Positions 21,362 to 33,733 of a DNA stretch of 64,000 nucleotides are shown piece after piece. The stretch's first letter is position 1, and every line of letters begins with the position of its first letter. The DNA is from Ignavibacteriota bacterium (lineage in GTDB: Bacteria; Bacteroidota; Ignavibacteria; UBA10030): assembly GCA_963778945.1 (NCBI GenBank), contig CAVZWL010000005.1, positions 2,062 to 66,061 of the forward strand, read 5' to 3'. The translations under genes and the position numbers were made by a program. Below the pieces are notes generated by a model that was not told where the DNA came from, searched no databases, and saw only the letters and a list, made by a program, of their open reading frames with translations.

Positions 21362-22060
21362 TTATTCCGCTATTGCAGAAGAAACGACGATGATTCGAGC
21401 CGCACCGGCTTTCCTCAGTGCAGCGATACAAGCTTTGATGGTTGCGCCGGTTGTAATGATGTCGTCGACTAACAGGCAATTCTTGGATGTGACGCATTGT
21501 TCTTTTTTGGGCAGGATGATGAATGCGTTTTGCATGTTTTTCCGGCGATCTTCAACGGACAAAGTTGTTTGCGATGCGGTATTTTTTGTCCGCCGGAGAC
21601 ATCCCGCAGCAACCGGTTTATGCAAAAGAGATGAAATACCTTGAGCAATGAGTTCAGACTGGTTGTACCCGCGTTCTCTCAGTTTTACGCGATGCAGCGG
21701 AACCGGCACAATGATGTCGAATTCGGTATGCCGGTCAAGAAGAGAGGTTCCGATTATCTGACCGAGACGTATTCCGATGGATCTGAATTTTCGGTATTTT
21801 AGGGCATGGATGATATGCCGGAAAGCGCCCTTCCGAGTAAAGAGAAAGCATGAGATGAGTTCATGGGCCGATTTTTTCCGCACAATGAGTGCACACAATT
21901 CTTTATACTGCGGTGTGCTGAATGTGATGCGGGTAAGCGATTCCCAGCATTGAGCGCACACTTTCTCCGAACGCAGGATACGATCTGAATCGCATACGAT
22001 ACAGTGGGGAGGATAAAAGAAATCAATAATTGCAAAGACCAGAGATTTGATGACATTCAT
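21362..22060 (-). CDS. comF: ComF family amidophosphoribosyltransferase-like protein
   Basis: CxxC...CxxC zinc ribbon, VPVPLH...RERGYNQS, LLVDDIITTGAT. Confidence 0.88.
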   Translation of the reverse strand: MNVIKSLVFAIIDFFYPPHCIVCDSDRILRSEKVCAQCWESLTRITFSTPQYKELCALIVRKKSAHELISCFLFTRKGAFRHIIHALKYRKFRSIGIRLGQIIGTSLLDRHTEFDIIVPVPLHRVKLRERGYNQSELIAQGISSLLHKPVAAGCLRRTKNTASQTTLSVEDRRKNMQNAFIILPKKEQCVTSKNCLLVDDIITTGATIKACIAALRKAGAARIIVVSSAIAE

Positions 22061-22094
22061 AAGGTAAACTCAAGCGCGGTATTGTCAAAAGCAA

Positions 22095-22655
22095 TTAATC
22101 AAATGTATGTCCCTTCAGCGATAGGGGGACTTCGTTATTTTGATAGTTGAGCATGCTTCCGCAATAATTTTGAGAAGTGTCGAAGTATGCCGGCAGCAAG
22201 TCTTTTCCATCAAACAGAAACTCGCGATTTCCAATCCATTCGTTATAATCCGAATAGTTCCACAGTTCAGGGCTTGATACGAGTCCCGCTGCAACGGGAT
22301 TAAAATGAATATAAAAAAGAAGACGGCAGATGTAATCGTCATTTTCGACTTGAATTCCTTTGGCGGTTCCTTGGAATATCGTTCCGTTGCGATGTTCGAG
22401 TCGATTGATTTTTTGAACATAAGCATTGAAAGTCGTTTGAATGAATTTGGAAATCGACCCTCCTTCCTGCTGTCGAAGCAGGAGGTGGTAGTGATTGGGC
22501 ATAAAACAATATGCCATAATGCCGACATTATATTTCTTTTTATATTTTTGAAGCAGCGAAAGGCAATAAGAATAATGAAATTCTGATCGGAAAATATCCA
22601 GCCGATATGCTCCGCGGTTGTACACATGATAAAAGTAATTATCATTGTAGATCAT
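22095..22655 (-). mobile_element. REP-associated tyrosine transposase (RAYT, Y1 HUH)
   Basis: YHVYNRG, AYCFMPNHYHLL (HUH), YIHFNPVAAGLV...WNYSDY. Confidence 0.88.
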
Positions 22656-22815
22656 GGTTTGTGCACCCCTTCCGTTTCTCTATACCTGGGGAAAAACGGG
22701 ATTGAATATACCGATGTCCCTGACGGTATAAAGAAAGAATTTGATGAATGGAAAAATGCTCTAAAGACCCTGTTGTGCAATATTCGGAATAAGCAACGAA
22801 AGAGTCAATAACCTA

Positions 22816-22919
22816 ATGCCATTCCCAAAAAAATGCTATTGTATTCCCTGAGACCTCGTGCCGCGAAAACCATGCGCTTCTCTACGGAAAAACACAATAT
22901 TGCTTATTTTAAGCGGTAC
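22816..22919 (+). mobile_element. MITE family A, copy 3
   Basis: CTA|ATGCCATTCCCAAAAAAATGCTATTGTATTCCCTGAG...ACACAATATTGCTTATTTTAAGCGGTAC|TAG. Confidence 0.8.
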
Positions 22920-22922
22920 TAG

Positions 22923-23139
22923 AGGAGACCTTTCCAAGGTGGTTAAGAAAACACGTGAAAACCTTAGGAAATGTTGTATGTTTTAGGGACACCTTTCCAA
23001 GGTATGGCTGAGAATGGTTGCTGCTTCATAATCTATATCAACGGAAAAGCGGAGACTCAGGAGACCTTTCCAAGGTGGTTAAGAAAACACGTGAATATCT
23101 TAGGAAATACTGTATGTTTTAGGGACACCTTTCCAAGGT
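22923..23139. repeat. Two 81-bp direct repeats, each bounded by ACCTT-TCC-AAGGT palindromes (REP-like)
   Basis: 22923-23003 and 23059-23139 differ at 4 positions. Four copies of ACCTTTCCAAGGT. Confidence 0.85.
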
Positions 23140-23241
23140 GGGGGTTGCTAAGGGGGATTTTCAATAGTGCGGGTTTCTGAACGGTGGACGAATTGGATAT
23201 TTCCGTTGATGACACTCATGAGTTCTTCAAAAAATCCAAAC

Positions 23242-25258
23242 TTAGTGCTTTGTTTCAAGTCCGGTTATTTCATCCCGTAATTCCGCGGCGCGTTCGAATT
23301 CCAAATCCTTGACCGACTGCTTCATTTGTTCCTTTAATTCCTCAATAAGATCTTTTTTCTGATCGCTTGATAGATAACGCGCAATATTCTCGGAAATGAC
23401 TCTCGGCCGAACTTGCAAAGCGCGCTCATCCCGTTTCATCTTGATGTCTGCAATGGAAGTCGCAGCAAGAATCTCATCCGTAGTTTTATAAATCGTTTTA
23501 GGATTGATGTTATTATTTTTGTTATACTCGATCTGCTTCTTTCGCCGCCTTTCAGTTTCATCGATCATTCTTTGCATCGAGCCGGTGATGGTATCGGCGT
23601 AGAGAATGACCTTTCCGTTTGCATTACGTGCCGTTCGCCCGGCAGTCTGAATGAGAGATCGTTCGGATCGAAGAAAACCTTCTTTATCCGCATCGATTAT
23701 AGCTACAAGCGATACTTCGGGCAAATCCAATCCCTCGCGCAGCAGGTTAACGCCTACAAGGACATCGAATTCCCCCAGCCGCAAATCGCGGAGTGTCTCG
23801 ACGCGTTCCAGTGCGTCGACTTCCGAATGGACGTAGCGGACTTTCATTCCGATATTCAATAAATATTCCGTCAAATCTTCCGCCATGCGTTTTGTCAATG
23901 TCGTGATGAGCGTCCTTTCTTTTTGACCGGTTCTCGTGCGTATTTCAGCGATGAGATCGTCGATTTGAAACTTGCTCGGCCGCACTTCCACTACCGGATC
24001 GACAAGTCCCGTCGGCCGAATAACTTGTTCAACGATAACACCTTTGCTTTTTTCCAATTCATACGGTCCCGGCGTCGCACTGACAAAGATGATCTGATGA
24101 ACAGTTGCTTCCCACTCCGCAAAGGTCAGAGGACGGTTGTCGAGGGCGGAGGGCAGGCGAAAGCCGTACTCGACAAGTGTCGTTTTTCGCGACCTGTCGC
24201 CCGCATACATGGCTCCAATCTGCGGAACGCTCACATGGGATTCATCGATTACAGTGAGAAAATCTTTCGGAAAATAGTCGAGAAGGCATGACGGACGGGA
24301 ACCGGGAGGCCGGCCGGCAAGATGACGCGAATAGTTTTCAATGCCTGAACAGTAGCCGACTTCGCGCATCATTTCCATATCGAATCGTGTACGTTGTTCA
24401 ATGACGCTGTGCTTCCACCAATTTGCCGAGAGAGCGGAGTTCCGTCTGTCCGATCTCGGAGCTCCGCCGCTATTCCTTTCATAGCTTTTTCGATAGTCTC
24501 GCGCGAAGTAATAAATTGTTTAGCAGGGTATATCATTTCATATTCTGTTTCACCCAGAACGTGTCCATCCAGCTTGTTAAAATAGCTTATGCGTTCGATT
24601 TCATCGCCGAAAAATTCCACACGAATTGCCTCTTCATTTTCGGATCCGGGGATAATATCGACGACATCACCGCGGACTCTAAATGTACCCCGGGCGAACT
24701 CATAGTCATTGCGGGCATAGAGCAAATCGATCAATCGCTTGAGAAATACCTGACGGCCGAGGCGGTCTCCTTTTTTTATCGTCACGGTTTGGCTGATCCA
24801 TTCCTCCGGAGCGCCGATTCCGTAAATACTGCTGATGGATGCCACAACAATAACGCTTGGGATCTCCGCTCAAGAGAGCGCTCGTTGCTCGCAAACGAAG
24901 ACGGTCGATTTCGTCATTAATAGATGAGTCTTTTGCGATGTACGTGTCGGACGAGGGAATATAGGCTTCCGGCTGATAATAATCGTAATAGCTGATAAAA
25001 AACTCGACTCTGTTTTTTGGGAAGAAATTTCTGAACTCTGCATAGAGCTGTGCCGCCAGTGTCTTATTATGTGACATGACCAGAACCGGCCTGTTGAGAT
25101 CTTTGATGACATTGGAGATCGTAAAAGTCTTGCCGCTGCCGGTCACGCCGAGCAAGGTTTGATGCTATGTCCCCGCGCTGCAATCCTTCGGAAAGCTGGC
25201 GAATCGCTTCCGGCTGATCTCCGCAAGGAGTAAGACTGCTGATCAATTCAAAAGCCAT
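23242..25258 (-). CDS. uvrB: Excinuclease ABC subunit B (3 frameshifts)
   Basis: MAFELIS...[48 protein letters not shown]-terminal UVR domain. Confidence 0.95.
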
Positions 25259-25297
25259 CGTACGAATATCCCATGAGTGTCTTTTTCTATCTCATTT

Positions 25298-25326
25298 AAT
25301 ATACAATTTTGCCCCGTTCTCTACAA
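25298..25326 (-). promoter_or_regulatory. Sigma70-type promoter of uvrB
   Basis: TTGTAG-N17-TATATT on the minus strand. Confidence 0.45.
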
Positions 25327-25472
25327 TCTTTTTGAAAGAACATGGATCTGCCGAAGGACATTTCAAGAGCAATAATGTACAGGAGAGGAAGGGATCAGCA
25401 CAATATCCGCAGTGATAGAATTATAACCTGTATCTGCCGGGATGGCTGCAAGAAAATTATTCGCGGGGCCTT

Positions 25473-25500
25473 AAAAGAAAGGGGCAATAAGCCGCCCCTT
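25473..25500 (-). terminator. Intrinsic terminator after ald
   Basis: AAGGGGC-loop-GCCCCTTTCTTTT on the minus strand. Confidence 0.6.
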
Positions 25501-25513
25501 CATCAGTTTTCGT

Positions 25514-26634
25514 TTATCCATGGAGAACAGATTCAACCGGCGTATACGGCAAATCGAACGCATCCGCGACTCCTTTATATGTGATCAATCCGTCGACCAT
25601 ATTTAATCCGCGTTTGATTTCCATATTCGTGGCGGCTGCTTTTTCCCAGCCTTTGTTTGCAATTTCAACCGCGTACGGCAGTGTTGCATTTGTCAGTGCG
25701 ATCGTCGATGTAAACGGCACAGCTCCGGGCATATTGGCAACGCAATAGTGCACGACGCCGTCCACAACATAAATCGGATCTTCGTGGGTTGTCGGTCTGC
25801 ACGTTTCGATGCACCCGCCCTGATCGACGGCTACATCGACAATAACAGATCCCCGTTTCATCGTTTTCAGCATCGGTTTTGTAATCAGTTTCGGCGCTTT
25901 TGCGCCGGGAATTAAAACAGAACCGATGACGATATCGGCGGTCTTAATTTCTTTCCGAATCGTATGCACATTGCTTGCGATGCGTTACGACATTTTTCGG
26001 CATAATATCGTCAAGCTGGCGAAGCCGGAACAGGTTGCTGTCCAGGATAGAAACGCGTGCGCCGAGTCCTGCAGCAATTTTTGCCGCATTCGTTCCGACA
26101 ATACCGCCGCCGAGAATGACAACATGGGCCGGTTCCACGCCGGGGACTCCGCCGAGCAAAATACCCCGCCCTCCCATCGTTCGCTCGAGATATTTTGCCC
26201 CTTCCTGGGGCGCCATGCGCCCTGCGACTTCACTCATAGGAATGAGCAGCGGAAGAGACCGGTCTTCTCTTTGAACCGTTTCATAGGCGATACACACGGC
26301 ATGCGATTTCATCATCGCTTGCGTCAAGTCCTTGCTCGCAGCAAAATGGAAATATGTAAAAATAATTTGACCGGGGCGGATAAGCTTGTATTCCGATTTA
26401 ATCGGCTCTTTTACCTTGACGATCATGTCGGATTGTGCATAGACATCTTTCGCTTTGCTTTGCAATTTTGGCTCCGGCAGAACGATATGCGTCATCGTCG
26501 AATCCGCTGCCGAGTCCGGCTTTTGTCTCGACAATCACAGTATGACCCTCGGCGCAAAACGTTTCAACACCGACAGGAACAAGACCGACGCGTTCTTCAT
26601 TCGGCTTGATTTCTTTGGTTACTCCGATAATCAT
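25514..26634 (-). CDS. ald: Alanine dehydrogenase (2 frameshifts)
   Basis: MIIGVTKEIKPNEERVGL, VKVKEP, PMSEVAGRMA, GGGIVGTNAA, VDVAVDQGGC, HYCVANMPGAVP. Confidence 0.95.
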
Positions 26635-27176
26635 GGGAACACCTCGCAAAATATACATTGATAACTTTTTCGTCCCGCTGTTTTCGAAGCGTGAAAAGCT
26701 TGCAGCGAGGCATCTTTTTCGCGTGCATTATCGGTCTTTTTCGGGAAGGATGCAAGCACGAACTTTTCATTTTATCTCTTTATAAGAATAAATATTCTGT
26801 GTCAATTAGGGCAAAAGAACCAATGCCTTAAAAATATATGCCGGACATATCTTTTGCAAAATTTATTTCGGCAGGGGTGGGTTAACAGCAGAGTTATTGA
26901 AAACAAAAAATAGAACCCTGTCGCTACGACTTTAAAGTTCACCTCTGCAGCCCGCACCGAGGCGGGGCAGCGCGGCAACGGCTGCGGAAAAGAAATGCGG
27001 TCATATCGGCATGAAAAAATTTCGGCGATAAATTTACGTTTAAAGGACTGCGATGATTATCGACCATTTATTTGAATTATATTTATCGCCGGAGGAAGAA
27101 CGATTATTCATTCTCAAGTAATCTGCCGTAATGTCAGACGAATCGACGGATCAACGATTATATCAAACTCCTATTC

Positions 27177-27205
27177 TTGCATTTTCTTTGATTTCTCAAT
27201 ACATT
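27177..27205 (+). promoter_or_regulatory. Sigma70-type promoter of gap-pgk
   Basis: TTGCAT-N17-TACATT. Confidence 0.45.
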
Positions 27206-27223
27206 TTAATTGAGACTTAGTGA

Positions 27224-28333
<1,110 letters not shown>

Positions 28334-28428
28334 GAACTTTCGTTTCTTTTACTAGGGCAGGCGCATGGTCTGATGAATATCGGATCATGCGCCGCAGTTT
28401 TTCTAAAACGTAAAAAAGAGGCAGAGCT

Positions 28429-29696
28429 ATGAACAAAAAAACCGTTCGTGATATCGATTTAAAAAATAAACGCGTCTTGATGCGTGTCGATTTCAATGTG
28501 CCGCTGAAAAACGGCGTCATTCAGGACGACATCCGCATCCGGGCTGCGTTGCCGACGATTCTGTATGTACTCGATCAAAAACCGAAATATCTGGTGCTCA
28601 TGTCGCATCTCGGCGATCCCAAGAAAGATGTGCAGAAGGCAAAAGAAAAAGCGGAAAAAGACGGCAAACCATTCGATGAGGCAAAGTTCATCGAAGGGAA
28701 ACATAAGATGAAACCGATTGTGGAGCATCTTTCCGAACTGCTCGGCAAACCGGTTCAGCTTGCTCCGGCAGCAATCGGAGCCGAAACAAAAGCGATGGTT
28801 GACGGCTTGAAGCAGGGCGATATTTTGATGCTTGAGAATACGCGTTTTCATAAAGAAGAAACCAGTAAAGATCCTGCAGAACGCGAAAAAATGGCAAAAC
28901 AGCTTGCAGAGTATGCCGATGTTTATGTCAACGATGCATTCGGAACCGCGCATAGGGCGCACGCATCGACGGAAACCGTTGCGCATTTCCTGCCGGCTGT
29001 AGCAGGATTTTTAATGGAAAAAGAACTCGCATACTTGAGCAAAGCGACCGATAATCCGGTTAAACCGTATGTCGCGGTTATCGGCGGCGCCAAAATTTCC
29101 GGTAAAATCGACGTTATTCAAAACCTGATGACAAAAGTCGATGCGCTTCTTATCGGCGGCGGAATGATGTTTACATTTCTATAAAGCGCAGGGAATGGAA
29201 ATCGGGAAATCGTTGTTGGAAGCAGATAAGGTTGAACTGGCAAAGCAGATTCTCGATACCGCGAAAGCTAAAAATGTGAAGCTGCTCCTGCCGGTCGACT
29301 GTCTTGTTGCCGATAAATTCGACAATGCAGCGGCAACAAAGATTGTCAAAGTCGATGCAATTCCTGCAGACTGGGCCGGCGTCGATATCGGTCCCGAAAC
29401 CGTAAAATTGTTTGCGGGTGAAATTACAAAGGCGAAAGACCGTGGTTTGGAACGGTCCGATGGGCGTATTTGAAATGCCGAACTTTGCAAAAGGGACGAC
29501 AGCCATTGCACAGGCTTTAGTCGAAGCGACGAAAAACGGCGCAACGACGATTGTCGGCGGCGGTGATTCCGCCTCTGCCATTGCACAAGCCGGACTCGAC
29601 AAAGCAGTGTCGCATGTTTCAACCGGCGGCGGCGCTTCGCTCGAGTATCTGGAAGGAAAAATTCTTCCCGGCGTTGCTGCATTGAACGATAAGTAA
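28429..29696 (+). CDS. pgk: Phosphoglycerate kinase (2 frameshifts)
   Basis: [45 protein letters not shown]. Confidence 0.95.
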
Positions 29697-29796
29697 CATA
29701 TATTTGCGATTGGGTGATTTTCGATTTGTTGATTTGCCGATGACTGGAAATTGTCCAATCATGGTTGGTTTCATTGTGATTGAATGCTTGAGAATA

Positions 29797-29842
29797 GTGC
29801 CGTGTAGACAGCGATGTTTATACGGCGCCAGTTCTTTTTCTT
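29797..29842 (+). terminator. Probable terminator of gap-pgk
   Basis: GTGCCGTGTAGACA-GCGA-TGTTTATACGGCGC (14 bp with G-U pairs, GNRA loop) followed by a U-rich tract. Confidence 0.55.
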
Positions 29843-29861
29843 AGATAACGGAGATTGGGGG

Positions 29862-30297
29862 ATGGACGCTGAGAGTCTGAAGCGGCGTACCAAGGATGTC
29901 GCTAAAGAAGTGATTGGGATAATCGATGGACTGCCAAAGAATAGCACTTCGGAGATTCTTGGGAAACAAATTATACGGTCTGCTGCATCAACTGCTGCAA
30001 ACTACAGGGCTGCGTGTCGTGCAAAGTCGAGAGCAGATTTTATTTATAAATCGGGTATTGTGGAAGAAGAAGCGGATGAGACCTTGTTTTGGATGGAACT
30101 GCTGACAGAATGTGGAAAAGTATCGCGCGACCGCATTGCTTCAAAATGAAATGAACGAACTTGTTGCTATCTTTTCCTCTTCCCATAAAACAGCAAAAGA
30201 AAATTTTAAACAAAGGAAGAAGCAGTTGACAATCAACGAATCGAACGATGATATATCGGAAATCAATAAATTGAAAATCGGAAACCGAAAATACTAA
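29862..30297 (+). CDS. Four-helix bundle protein (23S rRNA IVP / bAvd-like fold; frameshift near 30140)
   Basis: LKRRTK, GKQIIRSAASTAANYRAACRAKSRADFI...VEEEADETLFWMELL, NELVAIFSSS. Confidence 0.85.
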
Positions 30298-31209
30298 TGG
30301 CCTACAATAATAATTCAAATTATTACCGTCCTTCGATGTTCGGAGGGTTTCAGTTCTTTCCGCCGGTTATAAAAAGCTTGCTCATCATCAATGCAGGCAT
30401 GTTCGCTTTCACTTATCTGGCCGGTTCATTCCATATGGGCAATGTGAGTCTGGGGGATATCCTCGTCCGATTCCTGGGACTCATGCCGCTTGGATACGGC
30501 TTCTATCCATGGCAGCTTATTACATATCAGTTTATGCATGCCGATTTCTGGCATATCTTTTTCAATATGGTATTCGGTTTGTGGATGTTCGGCATGGAAG
30601 TGGAGAATGTCTGGGGATCCAAGAAATTTCTCATTTACTATTTATCGTGCGGAGTTATAGCGGGAATCTCCCAGCTCGATTTTTGCACCGATTTTCGAAC
30701 CGGCCCTTGGGCCGACGATTGGAGCATCCGGCGCCGTCTTCGGCGTCATGGTTGCTTTTGCCACGATGTTCCCTGACCGGTATATTTTTCTCTATTTCCT
30801 TATTCCGATCAAAGTCCGTTACTTTATCATTATCATGATTGTATGGGGAGTCTTCTCGATCGGCGGGCCGTCCAATGTCGCCAATCTGGCTCATCTCGGC
30901 GGCGCTCTCGGCGGGTATCTCTATATTCTTTACGAACGCCTGAGACGGGAACGTCCGGCAGGGCGCCGGGTGTTTCAATCATGGACGAAGCCTCCATCCT
31001 GGCAGCCGCCGACAAGCAGCGGCGGAGAAACAGTCGATGCCAAAGTATTTGAGATTAAGGAGTCAAAATCGTTCGATGCTCCGGCTGTTCAAAATGACAA
31101 TCAAAAAAAAATCGATGAAATCCTGGATAAAATAAGCAACAGCGGTTACCAAAGTTTATCGGAAGAGGAAAAAAAGATACTTTTTGAAGCCAGCAAGCGC
31201 ATGAATTGA
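30297..31209 (+). CDS. Rhomboid intramembrane serine protease with C-terminal DUF6576-like tail (frameshift near 30680)
   Basis: WQLITYQFMHADFWHIFFNM, GASGA, AHLGGAL, IDEILDKISNSGYQSLSEEEK. Confidence 0.9.
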
Positions 31210-31272
31210 AGAGGACTTCCATTCGAAATTCGCGCAGCAAGCGGTTGCTGAAAGAAAAAGGAAATTTGCGGC

Positions 31273-32358
31273 ATGGAACAACACGAAACATATAAAGTCG
31301 GCGTCAGAAAAATGACACGCCAGGTCAATGTCGGGGGTATAAAGATCGGCGGCAATGCGCCGATTTCCGTTCAAACCATGACAAAGACAAAAACCGACGA
31401 TATTGCCGGAACGGTCGCTCAGATTAAAGCGGCCGCCGAAGCGGGAGTCGATATAGTCCGTGTGACGGTTAACGATAAAGAGGCCGCCGCCGCTATGCCG
31501 GAAATTGTCCGGCAATCACCAGTTCCTATCGTCGCAGATATCCATTTTAATCATATCTTCGCACTCAAGGCGATCGAAGCGGGAGTTGCAAAAGTTCGCC
31601 TGAATCCGGGCAACATCGGATCGAAAGACCGCATTCATCAAGTTCTGACTGCGGCAAAAGACCGGGGTATTCCGATTCGCATCGGCGTCAACTCCGGATC
31701 TCTCGAAGAAGACATTTTAATGAAATACGGATACCCGACAGCGGAAGCGCTTTATGAAAGCGCTATGCGCCATGTGGCGATCTGCGATGAGTTTAATTTC
31801 AAAGATGTCGTCATCTCCGTCAAATCGACCGATACAAAACTCATGATTGAAGCATACCGCCTCGTTTCGAATCGTACGGATATTCCGCTGCACCTTGGAG
31901 TTACAGAAGCGGGTCCGACTCGCTCCGGAACGATCAAATCGTCGGTTGGCATCGGCGCCTTGCTTGCCGAAGGCATCGGCGATACGATACGTGTTTCTCT
32001 GACAGACGAACCCGTAAAAGAAGTCGAAGTCGGAAAAGAAATTCTTCGTTCGCTGAACCTTGCATCGCGAAACGTCGAATTGATCGCATGTCCCACGTGC
32101 GGACGTATCGAAGTAGACCTTTTTAAAATTATTGGAGAACTTGAAGCAAAGCTGGGCCATATCAAGAAGCCTGTTTCTATTGCCGTGCTCGGCTGCGTTG
32201 TGAACGGTCCCGGAGAAGCAAGCTCGGCCGATATAGGCATTGCAGCCGGAAAAGGAGTCGGCCTTTTGTACCGCAAAGGGAAAATGATCAGGCGTATAAA
32301 AGAGGAAGAAATCGTTTCGACAATTCTCGATGAAGTCGAAAAGTTTCAGCCGGAATAA
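31273..32358 (+). CDS. ispG: HMBPP synthase (MEP pathway)
   Basis: VADIHF, RLNPGNIG, RIGVNSGSL, HLGVTEAG, ACPTCGR, GCVVNGPGE. Confidence 0.96.
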   Translation: MEQHETYKVGVRKMTRQVNVGGIKIGGNAPISVQTMTKTKTDDIAGTVAQIKAAAEAGVDIVRVTVNDKEAAAAMPEIVRQSPVPIVADIHFNHIFALKAIEAGVAKVRLNPGNIGSKDRIHQVLTAAKDRGIPIRIGVNSGSLEEDILMKYGYPTAEALYESAMRHVAICDEFNFKDVVISVKSTDTKLMIEAYRLVSNRTDIPLHLGVTEAGPTRSGTIKSSVGIGALLAEGIGDTIRVSLTDEPVKEVEVGKEILRSLNLASRNVELIACPTCGRIEVDLFKIIGELEAKLGHIKKPVSIAVLGCVVNGPGEASSADIGIAAGKGVGLLYRKGKMIRRIKEEEIVSTILDEVEKFQPE

Positions 32359-32560
32359 ACCCGTGAACTGAATTCAGATTGTTGTTCTTGTATGCGGATG
32401 AGATGGTTCTTCTTTCGAGAAACGACCGAATTGAGGCAAGCATTTCTTTGATAAAACCTAATATTTCAAACTATTCATTTTTTCCTTTAAACTAATTTTC
32501 CTTTTCCTTCGTCTAAAGAGTAGAAGAGAAAGATGAAATATTTAGAAGAAAGGAATACTC

Positions 32561-33118
32561 ATGAAACGATACAGTCTTCTTGTTGCCGTGGTCATTGCGC
32601 TTTTTTCCGTGTACGCATGGAGTCAACCGAACGATACGGAAGCAAAACCGGGCAGGGACAAGAAAGGGATGGAATTTCGAAAGCACTTCGGTGATGAGCT
32701 AAAGCTGACTGACGAACAAAAAAAGGAAGTCGACAAGCTTCGCAGCGAAACGGCGAAGGAAATGATCGATCAGCATGCGAAGATTGCAAAATCGGAAATT
32801 GAACTGCGGGATTTATTTAAAGCCGAGACACCCGATAAAGCTGCAATAGAAAAAAAGATGCGGGCAATTGCAGATCTCAGGGTAGAAGCGAAAATGATCC
32901 ACATTAATAACTGGTTTGCCGTCAATAAATTGCTGACGCCGGAACAGCAAAAAGTATGGAAAAAATTCTTGAATGACCGAGGCCATAGAAAATTCGGGCA
33001 TTTTCGCGGTGGTCGTCGAGGCAGTGACCGCGGCGGCGAGGGTATGCGGGGACCTCAAGAACATTCCGGATTCAAAGGTCAGGATGCTCCGCCCATGGGT
33101 CATCCGGACGAACAGTAA
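32561..33118 (+). CDS. Spy/CpxP family periplasmic protein
   Basis: Signal peptide, LKLTDEQ and LLTPEQ LTxxQ motifs. Confidence 0.85.
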   Translation: MKRYSLLVAVVIALFSVYAWSQPNDTEAKPGRDKKGMEFRKHFGDELKLTDEQKKEVDKLRSETAKEMIDQHAKIAKSEIELRDLFKAETPDKAAIEKKMRAIADLRVEAKMIHINNWFAVNKLLTPEQQKVWKKFLNDRGHRKFGHFRGGRRGSDRGGEGMRGPQEHSGFKGQDAPPMGHPDEQ

Positions 33119-33147
33119 CACTTAATTCTCGATTACGCGAATTGTTA

Positions 33148-33174
33148 AAGCCGGACATTGTTCCGGCTTTTTTT
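33148..33174 (+). terminator. Intrinsic terminator
   Basis: AAAGCCGGA-loop-TCCGGCTTTTTTT. Confidence 0.75.
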
Positions 33175-33289
33175 GTGCAGAATCGTTTTTCCAATTTCTG
33201 CATCATATCAAAAAGACACGGATCGCCCAGCGATCTTTTCCGGCAGCCGATTTCGTCGAAATAATGATCTTTTAAAAAAAAGGAAACAC

Positions 33290-33679
33290 ATGGAAACACA
33301 GCAAATTATTTTATTCGGAATTTTATTGATAGCTGCGGCGTTCTATTTTCAGCGATGGAGAAGGAATAAATTGATACCTCAGTATGAGCCCAAAGAAGTA
33401 GAGATCCTTATAAAACAGTCCATAAGGGCTGTTCTTCTCGATGTACGCACGAAAGAGGAGCGAAGCCGTCAGTCGATCCGCGGTTCGCTCCATATTCCGC
33501 TCGCCCACCTTTCCGCACGTCTGGCTGAACTAAACTCATTCAAGGAAAAAGAGATCATTTGTTATTGTCAATCCGGCAGAAGAAGTGCTTCGGCTGCTCA
33601 GATTTTGTACCGGAACGGATTCAAATCGGCTAATATGAAAGGCGGCATAGCCGCATGGAATTTAGATTCATTGGGGTGA
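33290..33679 (+). CDS. Membrane-anchored rhodanese-like protein
   Basis: N-terminal TM, LLDVRT, ICYCQSGRRS, MKGGIAAW. Start re-placed at METQQ. Confidence 0.88.
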   Translation: METQQIILFGILLIAAAFYFQRWRRNKLIPQYEPKEVEILIKQSIRAVLLDVRTKEERSRQSIRGSLHIPLAHLSARLAELNSFKEKEIICYCQSGRRSASAAQILYRNGFKSANMKGGIAAWNLDSLG

Positions 33680-33733
33680 CTGAAGGATATTCCGATATAA
33701 GCGTCGTCCACACAGGACGATATCGGGAATCCT

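Noticed and set aside
22115-22645. 176-aa alternative-frame ORF overlapping the RAYT
   Set aside because: No recognisable motifs or RBS; a shadow of the real gene.
22626-22811. Plus-strand fragment GIEYTDVPDGIKKEFDEWK next to the RAYT
   Set aside because: It looks protein-like but has no credible start or family assignment; at most a remnant.
22923-23139. Possible mini-CRISPR array
   Set aside because: The repeat is only ~13-16 bp, spacers 1 and 3 are near-identical, there are no cas genes, and the adjacent RAYT explains it better.
26900-26950. AGAGGTG on the minus strand resembling a lysine riboswitch start upstream of ald
   Set aside because: The remaining L-box consensus is absent, and the G-U pairs favour the opposite strand.
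29862-30297. Avd-like gene suggesting a diversity-generating retroelement
   Set aside because: There is no reverse transcriptase and no TR/VR pair with adenine-specific differences in the window.
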